This document shows, in pieces, positions 1 to 10,644 of a stretch of 64,000 nt of DNA. The notes beneath the pieces were generated by a model. That model made no database searches, was not told the DNA's origin, and was given only the letters and a program-made list of their open reading frames with translations. Position 1 is the stretch's first letter; each line of letters starts with the position of its first letter. The stretch lies in IMG/VR virus record IMGVR_UViG_3300025073_000989, one strand, 5' to 3'. The position numbers and the translations under genes are program-made. This DNA comes from a virus (lineage: Duplodnaviria > Caudoviricetes).

Positions 1-2054
1 AGTAAATTGTTTACTGGGTAAGAAGAAGTACCTATAGGGTAACTTATACCTGCTTGTCCATTATCTATATCTATAGTAACTCCTCCACCGAAACTTGCAT
101 ATTGAATCTCTGCTCCTATTTCTTGCCCAACAGAATAAGCTATGTTACTCTGATTCATTAATCCTTCTACATTTAAGGACGTAAGACTAGTGGAATTATT
201 TACAAAAATCCCTGCTCCGGACAAAATAAAATTACCTGCTGTAACACTAGAAGCTAATTCAAGACCACCGGCAGATAGTAAAAATTTAAAATCTATTGGC
301 TGTGTGCAGTTATTAATCTTTATATGTCCGCAAAAATTTCTAAAATTCATATCTGTGCTAGAACCGTCAAAATCAACTATCGTGATTGGAATTGTATCAG
401 TAGGCAATGATACACAATCTAAAACATTTATAAACCCTGAAAATAGGGGTGAAATACGTATAGTTCCCATCAATTGACAATTACTAACAGTTAATACTGC
501 GTTAACTGGTATAGGTGTTTCTCCTGCAATATCTTTTAATTTACAATTAAAAAACCCCCTAATTCCTTGCTCAACCCCCGTACAATACGCATTAAATACT
601 TCACAATTAATTGCAAAACTACCTACCTCAAATGTAAATATAGTATACTGATTACTATCACCATATAATTTGTAACCATTTATAAATACAGAATTTGAAA
701 AAGTATAACTAGAAAAAAAATATAAAACCTTAAACCCTTGAATAGTTGCTATGGTTAGTGCGTCTGTTAAATTATTAACTGGATAGGCTACAGTACCAAC
801 AGGATAGACTGTACCTGAATAGTCTGATGCTGTATTTATTGACACCTTTCCGTCAAAAGCAGCTAATTTTAAAGAAGCAGCAACAGTATTTACACCAGTA
901 AAAGGGATTAATTCAGTATTTAATACTGCCGACGAAATTGTATATTTACTCATCAGCCCTTCAGAAATAACTATAGCACCATCTGTACTATTATCCTCTA
1001 ACATACCCACACCACGAAGCATTATAGTACCACTAACAATAGTATCCTGCAAAATAATAGCACCAGAATTTAAATCTATAGATATACCTTCAGGTCCGCT
1101 TTTATTAACTATCTCTAAAGCCCCATTATATCCTCTAACCCCCAATGATTGACCAGCCCCTCCCATATCTATAGTTGGTGGATTTTCTGAATTTGTACTA
1201 CCGCTCCAACAATCCATAAAAAGAGCGTCAGCATTACCACCTAGGAATATAGTACCTGAACTAAGAAGACATTGCCAAACAAAGCCATTAACATAATATA
1301 AATCACCAATAACTCTACTTAAAGTAATAGTATTTCCACCATCTAAAACTCCAGTAATAGAACAAGTTTGAAACTTAGAATTAGTAACAGTAGCTTCGTC
1401 TAAAATAGTAATAGTAGTTAAAATTTGATCTTGGCCTATCAGTAACATATTAGAAATAACATCATCTACACCAAGTGTTATATTTCCAATTATGTATAGA
1501 GAAGAAAAACCTCTTTCTTGTGCTATCTGCATAGCATCAGTAATATTATTAACTGGATAAGCAGCAGTACCTATTGGATACTCTATACCAGAGTTAGAAC
1601 TAAGAACATCTACAACTACCCGCTCAGCATACTCCATACGTTTAACTGCTGCAATCTCTGACTCTGCTCGAACAAGTTCAGATGCCGGAGGAGTTATATA
1701 AAGCTTAATTGCTTGAGTTCTTGTGCTTGTATCAAAAACATCAGGGTCAATGTCCGCATTATCTGTAATAGCCTCGCCTTTTACTTCTATAAGTATATTT
1801 TCATCGTAAGGTATTATCCTAACACCGTCTAACAAAGTGACATAACGGGGGGTGTATTTACCACCCCCCTTATAGTCATTACCATCAGCCTTCATAAAAG
1901 GAGACCATTTTCTAGAAGACTCGTCGGTGCGTCTCCAGTAACGATATTCCCTATAAATATCCTCTATCCAGTGAAATGTTTCTACTCCTGACGCTAAATA
2001 GATACGCCTATTTGGACCGTCCCAACTAGATACTACTGGATTTGATACACTCAT
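1..2054 (-). CDS. Tail fibre/tailspike-like beta-helix virion protein (partial, runs off window start)
   Basis: Hand-translated, not in ORF track: ATG at 2054 (MSVSNPVVSSWDGPNRRIYL...), open to base 1; G/N/T/I-rich; motif (S/A)G..YP(I/V)GT..YPVNN recurs three times about 255-258 aa apart. Confidence 0.7.
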   Translation of the reverse strand, partial: MSVSNPVVSSWDGPNRRIYLASGVETFHWIEDIYREYRYWRRTDESSRKWSPFMKADGNDYKGGGKYTPRYVTLLDGVRIIPYDENILIEVKGEAITDNADIDPDVFDTSTRTQAIKLYITPPASELVRAESEIAAVKRMEYAERVVVDVLSSNSGIEYPIGTAAYPVNNITDAMQIAQERGFSSLYIIGNITLGVDDVISNMLLIGQDQILTTITILDEATVTNSKFQTCSITGVLDGGNTITLSRVIGDLYYVNGFVWQCLLSSGTIFLGGNADALFMDCWSGSTNSENPPTIDMGGAGQSLGVRGYNGALEIVNKSGPEGISIDLNSGAIILQDTIVSGTIMLRGVGMLEDNSTDGAIVISEGLMSKYTISSAVLNTELIPFTGVNTVAASLKLAAFDGKVSINTASDYSGTVYPVGTVAYPVNNLTDALTIATIQGFKVLYFFSSYTFSNSVFINGYKLYGDSNQYTIFTFEVGSFAINCEVFNAYCTGVEQGIRGFFNCKLKDIAGETPIPVNAVLTVSNCQLMGTIRISPLFSGFINVLDCVSLPTDTIPITIVDFDGSSTDMNFRNFCGHIKINNCTQPIDFKFLLSAGGLELASSVTAGNFILSGAGIFVNNSTSLTSLNVEGLMNQSNIAYSVGQEIGAEIQYASFGGGVTIDIDNGQAGISYPIGTSSYPVNNL

Positions 2055-2085
2055 CTGTTTACCTTATTACTTTATTTAAAACAAA

Positions 2086-3561
2086 TTATGCATTATTCTC
2101 TACACCAGGAGCACAAGCGAAAGCTACTGTTGCTGATTGAGTAATTGTATAAAGTGTCTTAGCTTGAGTCGCCCCACCATCGCCTTCACAAAGAAAAACA
2201 CAGTTTTTATTAGTATTAGCTGTACCACCTACTGTGTCGCCTGTATAGTCAAACGTGAAAATAATCTTATTGGAAACATCAGCAGTAGAAGCCATGCCTT
2301 TAACTTCTACTGCTTGATCATCCTGTACTGTAATGGCCCCTGATGTATTGTAGTCCGCAGCAAAAAATGAGTGGTACCATGCTTGAACATCTGACTTAGC
2401 AGCAGAACCAATATCTGCCTCAACAGAAACAGAGAATGAGTAAGTTTTAAGGTTTCCACTATCATCTGTAAAAACAATTCTCTGCTGGTCAGCGGTTGGG
2501 ACGTTATATAGATAAAGACCTAACGTATCAGCCCCTGATCTTGTTACAACTTTACCAGCAGCATTGTATGAGTACCAGGTATTAACCCTCTTACCATTAG
2601 TAACAGTCTCTGTTCCAAAATCAATATCATTATCTGTCTGAGAAAGAGCATCCAGAAAAGCCACCATCTGATCAAGATTTCCTGTACCACTATTTGTAAG
2701 AATCCAAGTAAAATCACCAGCAGCCTCAACAAACTCATCTCTATTAACTGGCGATGCTAATTTTTCTAAATGCATACCTGTCCATGGGGCAATTTGAGCA
2801 CCACCATAAACATCTACTAGAGCATAATCACCTGTTGTAAGATGAACGCTTTCGTTAACAGCAAAACCAGTAGAATACCCACCAAGTTCCGCAATACCAA
2901 GATCGGTAGTAGTTACTTTACGATCATAGTTGTTTCCAAATGTACGTACCGACACCGCTTGATAAGTTCTAGTATCAAAATCACCAGCTGTAGTGTCGGA
3001 TGGAGTATTTCCAGTATCTCCATAAACCTGTACAGCCTCATCTATCTGTCCTGGTTTGGCATAATCATAAGGGGCTCCGCCAGCTGATAGTTGGTAATAT
3101 GGCTGTGAGGCAACTTCAATGTTAGACAAGCCTTTATTACCGAAATAAATACGGTCAATTCCTTGATTAGTAGCATACTCAGTCCAACCTGAACCACGAA
3201 TAATAGCACGGTCTGCAGTAGAAGCCGGCTTACGTGAGTTAATAAAGTTATAAGCACCACCGAATTTGAATGTACCAGAAGTCCAACGGTTGAACTTACG
3301 AAGTTCTTCATTTGATGCCCTTTCTTGGTTTTCAAAAGCATAAATAGCCTCGAACTTGATGCCAAGAGTTTCATCAAGTGGGTTATCCTCCAACCCACTA
3401 CCAAGATCTACTTGAGTAAGCTCTTGTTTAGTAATGAATTCAATTGTACCGCTTACTGTATCAAAAAAGACGTTGCCTGTTGGCGTATCACTCCTTGATC
3501 CAGAAGACGTAACTAGGAGGGTATCATAGTTACTTAGGTCGATTAATGTTGCTGTCGCCAT
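2086..3561 (-). CDS. Putative virion/tail structural protein
   Basis: 491-aa ORF, G/T/D/N-rich beta-type composition, in the tail gene cluster. Confidence 0.55.
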   Translation of the reverse strand: MATATLIDLSNYDTLLVTSSGSRSDTPTGNVFFDTVSGTIEFITKQELTQVDLGSGLEDNPLDETLGIKFEAIYAFENQERASNEELRKFNRWTSGTFKFGGAYNFINSRKPASTADRAIIRGSGWTEYATNQGIDRIYFGNKGLSNIEVASQPYYQLSAGGAPYDYAKPGQIDEAVQVYGDTGNTPSDTTAGDFDTRTYQAVSVRTFGNNYDRKVTTTDLGIAELGGYSTGFAVNESVHLTTGDYALVDVYGGAQIAPWTGMHLEKLASPVNRDEFVEAAGDFTWILTNSGTGNLDQMVAFLDALSQTDNDIDFGTETVTNGKRVNTWYSYNAAGKVVTRSGADTLGLYLYNVPTADQQRIVFTDDSGNLKTYSFSVSVEADIGSAAKSDVQAWYHSFFAADYNTSGAITVQDDQAVEVKGMASTADVSNKIIFTFDYTGDTVGGTANTNKNCVFLCEGDGGATQAKTLYTITQSATVAFACAPGVENNA

Positions 3562-3563
3562 TT

Positions 3564-3932
3564 TTACATCTCCTTAGATATAAGTTTAATAAGTTTATCA
3601 GAAAGTCGTTCATTCTCTTCCCGAACCGTTTGTAGCGTTCTTTCATAATTACCTATAACCTCTTCATATCTTCTCCGAGTATCTTTTCTACCAAATTTAA
3701 TACCCTCATTGAACGCTATTAATTCAAATTCTCTCGCAAAATCTAAAATCTTAAAAACCTCTTCCTCTGTAAGTTCACTAGGAAGTTCAAAAAGATCTTC
3801 ACTAGTTATATTCTTCCTTACTTTCCACATACTATTTCCTTTACTGTCACTATACTGCGTAACATGCGCATGTTGTAAATGCACTAAATCATTGTTAACA
3901 ACAGGCTCTACTTTTTTTATTTCTGTTTCCAT
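3564..3932 (-). CDS. Hypothetical protein with C-terminal coiled coil
   Basis: 122-aa ORF with AGGAG RBS, tightly packed in operon. Confidence 0.6.
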   Translation of the reverse strand: METEIKKVEPVVNNDLVHLQHAHVTQYSDSKGNSMWKVRKNITSEDLFELPSELTEEEVFKILDFAREFELIAFNEGIKFGRKDTRRRYEEVIGNYERTLQTVREENERLSDKLIKLISKEM

Positions 3933-3945
3933 TATTACTTCTCCT

Positions 3946-6135
3946 TTACATGTTTGTATCTACTATTAAATTAGCATAAAAATCACCATTACTTGTAGGC
4001 ATTGTATATTGTTGCCCAAACTCTACATAACCTTCTTTCATTACTTGTATATAAATTAAATTATCTGCTTGTCCATTATAAACAAAAGTAGATGAATCAT
4101 GTGTTTCTATTCCGTCCAATTCAGTACCAAAATCAGGTGGTGCAGATTCATAATCATATATTCTTATTTCAGCTCCAACAAGCGTAACATTTGCTGATAT
4201 GGTTAAAGATACTCCTACATAAGGAGACCAAGTATTTCCGGAATCATCAGTAAAAAAGTCTACATTACCACTACTAAAATTAGTAATAAATACACCTTTT
4301 GAATTACTACGCTCTGTATAAAAACCAGAAGTACCAAGATATAAAGCTCTTACTTGGCTAGCACGGCCCCATTCATGTATTATTTCACCAGAGGCAGATA
4401 AAGATGTTTGAGAGGTTAGTGCTGCTAAGTAGTCATATATTACTTGCATTGTTTTATTATTACCGTCTACCCACATACTAAAATTTTGTTGGGTAGAGTC
4501 TGTGTAAGACGCAGACCAAGTTCCAGCTGTTCCACCGGTTCTACTAATGGATTCTCCATTAGAAAAGTTATTAGAATCTCTAGTACTTAGATGTACTGTA
4601 CCAGCAACTGAATCCCCGTCTACTATTTCTGTAACCACACCATCGGCACCAGAAGTTTCTCCAGTAATTACCATACCTATTTGTAAAGACCCAGTACCTC
4701 CTGTATAATCTATAATACAAGATGTATTTGTATCTTTATACCAGACAATACCACTACCATCAGAAAGAGCTGTAGCTTGTGACGAAGCAACAATATTACT
4801 ATCTAAATTTAATACAATAACATTATCAAAAGCCTCATTTGATACTAAGGTAGATATAAAAGGAGTATACCCCCAACAATCTATTCTTATAGCGTGTCCA
4901 CCATAAGTAGTGGTGGCTGAATTTGTTAGATGTTTTTTATATGTAAAAACACCATTAGCAATACCATTACTATTAGTGTAAGTTTCTAAAACTAGATCTG
5001 CTAAAATAGTGTTTTCATAAACTACAACAACTGTATTAATAATTATACTTCCGCCTGAATCTTTTACAATAACATCAACACTTCTTTGATCATATACACC
5101 ATTAGAAGTAGATGTTAACCAACTAAAATCTGAATAAGTAGTAGCAGACCAAATAGGATTTATTACATACCATGTTTTATTTGAATTAATAACAAGCAGT
5201 GCTAGATTATTGACAAATACTATATCTTTTGTTGTTAAAGTTTCAGTAGTAGTACTACCATTAGCTGTAGTTAAACCAGCAGTTTGAGTAAGAACCAAAC
5301 CATCTATAACAGTGTTAGCGTCTATACGAATAAGCTCGTTAGCACCAGATCTACCAGATATAACGCAATCATATAAAAATGATCCAAAAAACACTGAGCC
5401 GTAGGAATTATTTAAAAATTTAGTATTACGATAAATTACAGATGACCCAGAGGCATTTTCGTAGAATAAAGTTTTAACCTGTGACCATAATAAAGAGTCA
5501 ACAATTTCACCTTTTGCCCCTGAAAGAAACTGTATGGATGGCTCACCATCTGTATTTTGTGTATGAACACAAATACCACCACTTAAAGGAGTACTTCCTA
5601 CCTCTCTCAAATACCCCATATCAAAACGAGCATTATTTTTTACTAAAAAACCTTGTGTTGAACCACCATCATAGGTATCTGCAGCTTCTCCAGCACCCAT
5701 ATAAAGTCCAGCAAGGTCTGTTCCATTACCTATATTAAGAATACCAGTCCATTCATATAAACCAGACCTGGCATTAAGAGCAATACCTGTATTAGCACCA
5801 CCTGTTTCTAAATCATCCATATCATATGGAACATGTATAGTATCACTAGAAACAGGATTAGCACCCCAATCCCTATGAACTGTTAGAATCCTAGTAGTAC
5901 CTGTTCCTGCCGACTCAGAAATACACATACGTCTTTGTACAGTTCCAGCTATATTAATTAAAATAAGCCTACCTACATAGTTTGGATACTTAGTACCAAG
6001 AAACCCGGTATTTAAAACAGACAAAGTGTTAGATATAATTACAGTATTATTGCCTGTCTGTTGAGACTGTGAACCAAGAGTCTCTGTCATAAGATAAGTT
6101 AAAACTGTGCATGGTTTTCCTGCAGTTATTCCCAT
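3946..6135 (-). CDS. Putative tail fibre/beta-helix virion protein
   Basis: 729 aa, S/T/G/N-rich with beta-helix-like stretches; tail cluster context. Confidence 0.55.
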   Translation of the reverse strand: MGITAGKPCTVLTYLMTETLGSQSQQTGNNTVIISNTLSVLNTGFLGTKYPNYVGRLILINIAGTVQRRMCISESAGTGTTRILTVHRDWGANPVSSDTIHVPYDMDDLETGGANTGIALNARSGLYEWTGILNIGNGTDLAGLYMGAGEAADTYDGGSTQGFLVKNNARFDMGYLREVGSTPLSGGICVHTQNTDGEPSIQFLSGAKGEIVDSLLWSQVKTLFYENASGSSVIYRNTKFLNNSYGSVFFGSFLYDCVISGRSGANELIRIDANTVIDGLVLTQTAGLTTANGSTTTETLTTKDIVFVNNLALLVINSNKTWYVINPIWSATTYSDFSWLTSTSNGVYDQRSVDVIVKDSGGSIIINTVVVVYENTILADLVLETYTNSNGIANGVFTYKKHLTNSATTTYGGHAIRIDCWGYTPFISTLVSNEAFDNVIVLNLDSNIVASSQATALSDGSGIVWYKDTNTSCIIDYTGGTGSLQIGMVITGETSGADGVVTEIVDGDSVAGTVHLSTRDSNNFSNGESISRTGGTAGTWSASYTDSTQQNFSMWVDGNNKTMQVIYDYLAALTSQTSLSASGEIIHEWGRASQVRALYLGTSGFYTERSNSKGVFITNFSSGNVDFFTDDSGNTWSPYVGVSLTISANVTLVGAEIRIYDYESAPPDFGTELDGIETHDSSTFVYNGQADNLIYIQVMKEGYVEFGQQYTMPTSNGDFYANLIVDTNM

Positions 6136-6175
6136 TAATTACTCCAAATAACAGTATAAACACATAGTTGCATAA

Positions 6176-6373
6176 CTACCCAACTGGATTAGGAAAAGCC
6201 ACCAAACTTGGTTTAAGTATAGTTGCATTTATCCCAATAGAACTTATAGTAACTTCGGCCTTTAAGTTTTTATTACCAACCTCCTCTGAATATAAACTTG
6301 GGTGGCATACAGCTACAGCATCCGGATCACCTCTAAAATCATAACCAGCCCAGGCAAAGTATAGAATATTCAT
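6176..6373 (-). CDS. Hypothetical protein
   Basis: 65-aa ORF abutting upstream gene. Confidence 0.4.
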   Translation of the reverse strand: MNILYFAWAGYDFRGDPDAVAVCHPSLYSEEVGNKNLKAEVTISSIGINATILKPSLVAFPNPVG

Positions 6374-6918
6374 TAAAAAGGGCCTCCTATTTTATATGGG
6401 GCCTTATCGTTGGTACTTCTATAGTGAGCGTAAACTATTCCTGAAATAGTAGTATTACCCCAATCAGGATCATCATCATTCTTTATTCTAGTAATAATAT
6501 AATCTGTAGCTCTTTTTGGAACATTTCTAGCAATTTGAGATAGAGTAGCATCATTATCACCACGTATAACATCCTCTATACTTAAATTATAATGCCTATT
6601 TTGTTTTATTAATGCATAAAAATTATCTAAATTAATATCAGTAGAACTAACCAAAACTTCTTCAGTAGAAGTAATAAAACCATCAGACATAGCATAACAT
6701 ATATAACTACCTTCCTCAGGAATACTCAGTACAGTCTTATATATACCAGAAACAACTGTAGATTCTGAAAGATAACCATTAATTGCTGGATTAAGTTGGG
6801 TATCATCTATGTTTCTTACATCATAGGTTACTATTGCATCAGAAACCAAACTGCCTGTAGCCTCATCTAATAACATTGCTGTTATAGGAAAGTTTTCTGA
6901 TACACCAACCTTTATCAC
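6373..6918 (-). CDS. Putative virion protein, Ig-like N-terminal domain
   Basis: Beta-strand pattern (SGIYKTVLSIPEEGSYICY); structural operon context. Confidence 0.5.
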   Translation of the reverse strand: MIKVGVSENFPITAMLLDEATGSLVSDAIVTYDVRNIDDTQLNPAINGYLSESTVVSGIYKTVLSIPEEGSYICYAMSDGFITSTEEVLVSSTDINLDNFYALIKQNRHYNLSIEDVIRGDNDATLSQIARNVPKRATDYIITRIKNDDDPDWGNTTISGIVYAHYRSTNDKAPYKIGGPF

Positions 6919-6945
6919 TGTTACCTCTTATATAAAAATGTAAAA

Positions 6946-7215
6946 CTAAACAACATCCAATTGATAGTTTACAGTTAAATTATCATCCGCCGTAGGGTAT
7001 ATGTATATAAATGTTATTTCATTACTTCTTGTCTGTTTAAAATCGTTTGGAGATATTAATAATTGGCCATTATACGATATATTTATTCTATCTACTTTAT
7101 AATTGTAACCTGTTGTGTATACCTGATTAGTTCCATCTTTAACTCCTATCAACTCCTCAGAAACAAGCACAGATGTAACGGATGTATTTAATGACGGCTT
7201 CCTAAGTACAATCAT
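6946..7215 (-). CDS. Small putative virion protein
   Basis: EELIGVKDGTNQVYTT...ISYNGQLL motif typical of small phage tail/head accessory domains. Confidence 0.5.
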   Translation of the reverse strand: MIVLRKPSLNTSVTSVLVSEELIGVKDGTNQVYTTGYNYKVDRINISYNGQLLISPNDFKQTRSNEITFIYIYPTADDNLTVNYQLDVV

Positions 7216-7261
7216 ATTAAAATATCCTAAACTATTTACAATTATTTAATGTCTATAAACA

Positions 7262-7726
7262 TTATCTAGAAACAGTAAGATCTTGTATTCTTTTTCTTAA
7301 AATTCTACACAAACTATCTTTTCCTGCTCTAGGTGAAGCTTCTTGTAAAGCGTACTTTAAAAGCTTTAGATCAGTCATATTTGGCAATATATCTCTGGCC
7401 TGCCTAACCGATAACTGTACAATATCCTCCACTTCCATATTTTTTGGTGATATACTTTTAGCCCTATTAGCAGCAGTAGTAGTGGCTATTACTTTATCAG
7501 CCTCCTGTTTTTCTGCTTCAGAAGTACCTAGCACTATTTCCCATTTATTTTTATCTGTTAATTTAACTGTTTTTAACCACGCTATAAAATCCTCACCCTC
7601 AGGAAGCGCATACTTCTTACCATACTGCTCATACAACTCATCCAAAGATACTGTAGCGCCCGGGCCAATTGCCCTTTTCATAGCATGTGTCCACATTGAA
7701 CTTTTATTTTTTATATAACCTTTCAT
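7262..7726 (-). CDS. Hypothetical protein, helical C-terminus
   Basis: 154-aa ORF with AAGGAG RBS. Confidence 0.6.
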   Translation of the reverse strand: MKGYIKNKSSMWTHAMKRAIGPGATVSLDELYEQYGKKYALPEGEDFIAWLKTVKLTDKNKWEIVLGTSEAEKQEADKVIATTTAANRAKSISPKNMEVEDIVQLSVRQARDILPNMTDLKLLKYALQEASPRAGKDSLCRILRKRIQDLTVSR

Positions 7727-7770
7727 TTAACTTCTCCTTTTCTTTTTTGTTTTATTAAATAACCTTGTCC

Positions 7771-8085
7771 TTAATCTACCTTTTTATATCTATCAAATCT
7801 ATCTATTATAAAATGTAATAAATTTGACATTCTGTGAATAATTAAACCATAAAACAGCCAATTAAAATATCCATATACACCCGTTAAATACAAAACAGAT
7901 AAAGCAACACCTACCCATACAGACAAACAGTAACCGCAATCAAAAAGTTTATGTAAAAAATTAAAAAATTTTCTAGCTCTTCTATTAAAAAAATACCCCC
8001 TTACCGGGCTAAAAAATTCAGACTTTGTAAGTAATTCAGTTATAGCCTCAACTAATATAATCCCTAAAATAAATTTAGTTAACAT
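7771..8085 (-). CDS. DUF1360-like membrane protein (possible holin-like)
   Basis: Hydrophobic segments flanking LFDCGYCLSVW (CxYCxSVW) motif. Confidence 0.6.
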   Translation of the reverse strand: MLTKFILGIILVEAITELLTKSEFFSPVRGYFFNRRARKFFNFLHKLFDCGYCLSVWVGVALSVLYLTGVYGYFNWLFYGLIIHRMSNLLHFIIDRFDRYKKVD

Positions 8086-9592
8086 CTATTTCCCTATAAA
8101 CATTAAGAAGGTTAGTTAATTTATAAACATATGTCCTGTGACCACAATCCCAAATACGATCATATCCTTGTGCTTCTCGCAGCTGCCACTCGGTTTTACC
8201 AGTTATTCTTTCTTCAGGAGTCTTACGCAAAGACAGATTTCTATACCTAACCCCATTTTTAGTATAATGAGGTGTATATTTAGTATACTCTTGAAGCTCA
8301 AAACCAATAGATTCATATACTGGCTTAATTATATTAGCATAACGCATATCACAGTAAGACTTTATCATATCATAATTGTTTTCTACAGCAAATTTAATAA
8401 CACGTTTAAATAATTTACCTACTCCACCAATTACACTGACAAATCTTTTAGTACAAAATCTTTTTAACTCTAGTACTTTACCATTTGATGTATGTTTTCT
8501 GGAAGGAATACCAACGCTACCTATAGCTACTAATTCTTTATTATAAACAAGCCCCCAAGCCTTTATTGCCGTAGATTTACCTTGTATATGATTTTCTATA
8601 AAAAATTTATTTGCCTCTGAAGAGGTTAATTCCACTATATCACATTTCCTGGCATAAATTCTAGCATTATGAATACCTAAAGCATTTAGTATTCTAGACA
8701 TAACTATATCAAAATTATTATTTAGTTCATCTTCAAATACAGTAATAAGTCTTATTTCCTCGTTAAAGCAAGCGACCATTTTATTATAATGATATGAACG
8801 TTCCTTACCTGAAGCGTCTCCGTGCCAGTACAAACCACACAATTCGATTGCTAATTTATTATCAGGAAAATAGATATCTAATTCTCTTGGTAATAATATA
8901 GTTCTGTTGTTATATTCTATATTTGTTTTAGGGTAGTTTTGTAGAAAAAAGTCTCTAACTTTTTTTTCTAAACTTGATACGTAATCACCTGAAGCATAAC
9001 AATGTAGACATCTACTATTATTACCGTCTTTGAAGTTATGAAAACTAGTTAGCCACCTATGTCCTTTTGGGCACTCCAAAAGAAGCTTTGTACTATTATT
9101 AATATAGTCGTCTGATAAAAGTTTATAGTTATTTTCTTCAATGTAATTCTTTACATATTCAAAAGTTAAACGACTTGGTTTTCCTGAAATGTACTCTTTG
9201 GCGTCTGGGTACTTTTTTCTATAATACTCTGCCTTACTTAAAAGACATTTTTCTTTATTATTTTTATAATAGTTTCTACCCTTATCCAACATATACTGCT
9301 TCGATCTTCTGGCCTGTATTCTTTGATTTTTTATAAAAACTCTAACTTTATCACATTCTTTGGCACCACAATACTCTTTTTGTGGATAATAAGTTTTAAA
9401 TTCTATAGAACAGGCTTTGCATGTTTTTATAAATTCAATTGGATGATTTAATCTGTTCTTTTTTGCGTCTAATTTAGTTTGAAGTAGCTTCTTTCCTGTA
9501 TCCATACAGTTTATGCAGTACCTCTGTTTTGGGCTAGTTGGGTAGTATTTTATAGAACATAAATCACATATTTTTTCTTTATAACTAGCCAT
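8075..9592 (-). CDS. Free-standing PD-(D/E)xK (DUF559/Hef-like) homing endonuclease
   Basis: N-terminal CxxC repeats, ELDIYFPDNKLAIELCGLYWHG nuclease motif, C-terminal ELKRFC...SYCD...IWDCG domain. Confidence 0.7.
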   Translation of the reverse strand: MASYKEKICDLCSIKYYPTSPKQRYCINCMDTGKKLLQTKLDAKKNRLNHPIEFIKTCKACSIEFKTYYPQKEYCGAKECDKVRVFIKNQRIQARRSKQYMLDKGRNYYKNNKEKCLLSKAEYYRKKYPDAKEYISGKPSRLTFEYVKNYIEENNYKLLSDDYINNSTKLLLECPKGHRWLTSFHNFKDGNNSRCLHCYASGDYVSSLEKKVRDFFLQNYPKTNIEYNNRTILLPRELDIYFPDNKLAIELCGLYWHGDASGKERSYHYNKMVACFNEEIRLITVFEDELNNNFDIVMSRILNALGIHNARIYARKCDIVELTSSEANKFFIENHIQGKSTAIKAWGLVYNKELVAIGSVGIPSRKHTSNGKVLELKRFCTKRFVSVIGGVGKLFKRVIKFAVENNYDMIKSYCDMRYANIIKPVYESIGFELQEYTKYTPHYTKNGVRYRNLSLRKTPEERITGKTEWQLREAQGYDRIWDCGHRTYVYKLTNLLNVYREIDVN

Positions 9593-9601
9593 AAACCCTC
9601 A

Positions 9602-10417
9602 TTATAATTTACTTAAACTACTGTAAGAACAATCATCATCATTACTATGTATTTTGTTGTGACAAACACTACAACATGCCAAGCCGTTATCTGAATCAAG
9701 CGCCCTACAGGCGTCTACTTTTTTTGGAATTATATGATGAGCTGTAGAAGCAACACCGCCACACAATTCACAAACATTAGTGTATTTCTCTAAAATAATT
9801 TTACTCCAAACCCTAAGCGACGATTCACTATAATTAGAATTATTTCTGTGTTTTCTAGGATTTTTTCCTTTTGGATAATACTTTTTATGAAATATAGAAC
9901 AAAGGTCTTTGCATTTATCTGAACAATAAAACCTACTTTCCCTATCTGTGTGGCCTAAAATAAATTGTACTCTATTATCACAGTTTACTCTTGTTGGCCT
10001 AAACCACTCTTTACAATAAAAGCACCTCACATTAAGTATCCTAGAATCCTGTAAATCAGTTTGTATCTCTTCAACTATACTGAGTTTATCACAAAAGGTA
10101 CTATATAAAGGAATGTTTAATTTAACTACATCACCTTTAGACATACGCCTAGCTATAGCCTCACACTCTTGCTTAGTTTTTATTCTACCAGTAGACAGCA
10201 ACCTCATTTTATTTATATAGTCGATGTCTTTGCAAACACACCCAGCGCAACAGTAACTAGAATTATACGAAGTACGAGTTAAATATGCACTACCACACAC
10301 AACACAGCTACTTTTAAACTTATAGTAATTGCTACCTTTTCTAAAAACATCCCTTTTATACACATAAGAAAACTTATCTAAAATCTCAAAACCATCTTCA
10401 TCTATAGGTATCTTCAT
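9602..10417 (-). CDS. HNH homing endonuclease
   Basis: C-terminal CELCG...AHHIIP...NGLACCSVCHNKIH HNH motif. Confidence 0.75.
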   Translation of the reverse strand: MKIPIDEDGFEILDKFSYVYKRDVFRKGSNYYKFKSSCVVCGSAYLTRTSYNSSYCCAGCVCKDIDYINKMRLLSTGRIKTKQECEAIARRMSKGDVVKLNIPLYSTFCDKLSIVEEIQTDLQDSRILNVRCFYCKEWFRPTRVNCDNRVQFILGHTDRESRFYCSDKCKDLCSIFHKKYYPKGKNPRKHRNNSNYSESSLRVWSKIILEKYTNVCELCGGVASTAHHIIPKKVDACRALDSDNGLACCSVCHNKIHSNDDDCSYSSLSKL

Positions 10418-10584
10418 AAACTAAACCTTTGTGTATAATATAATCACTCTATGTTATAAAATAAAGCAATAAAATATAAAACAAGTAACCAAATAACCCT
10501 TACTTATGTATAACTACAAAAACAAGACCGGTTTGGATAAAAATACTTTATAATTACCAAAAAACTCTTACTTTTGTTTTTTGT

Positions 10585-10623
10585 AAAAAAGTACCCTACT
10601 CCATCATTAATGAAGTAGGGTAC
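10585..10623 (-). terminator. Rho-independent terminator after major capsid gene
   Basis: 10-bp stem GTACCCTACT/AGTAGGGTAC followed by T6 on minus strand, about 20 nt past the MCP stop. Confidence 0.75.
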
Positions 10624-10644
10624 TGTTATTACTTCATTTTTTTA

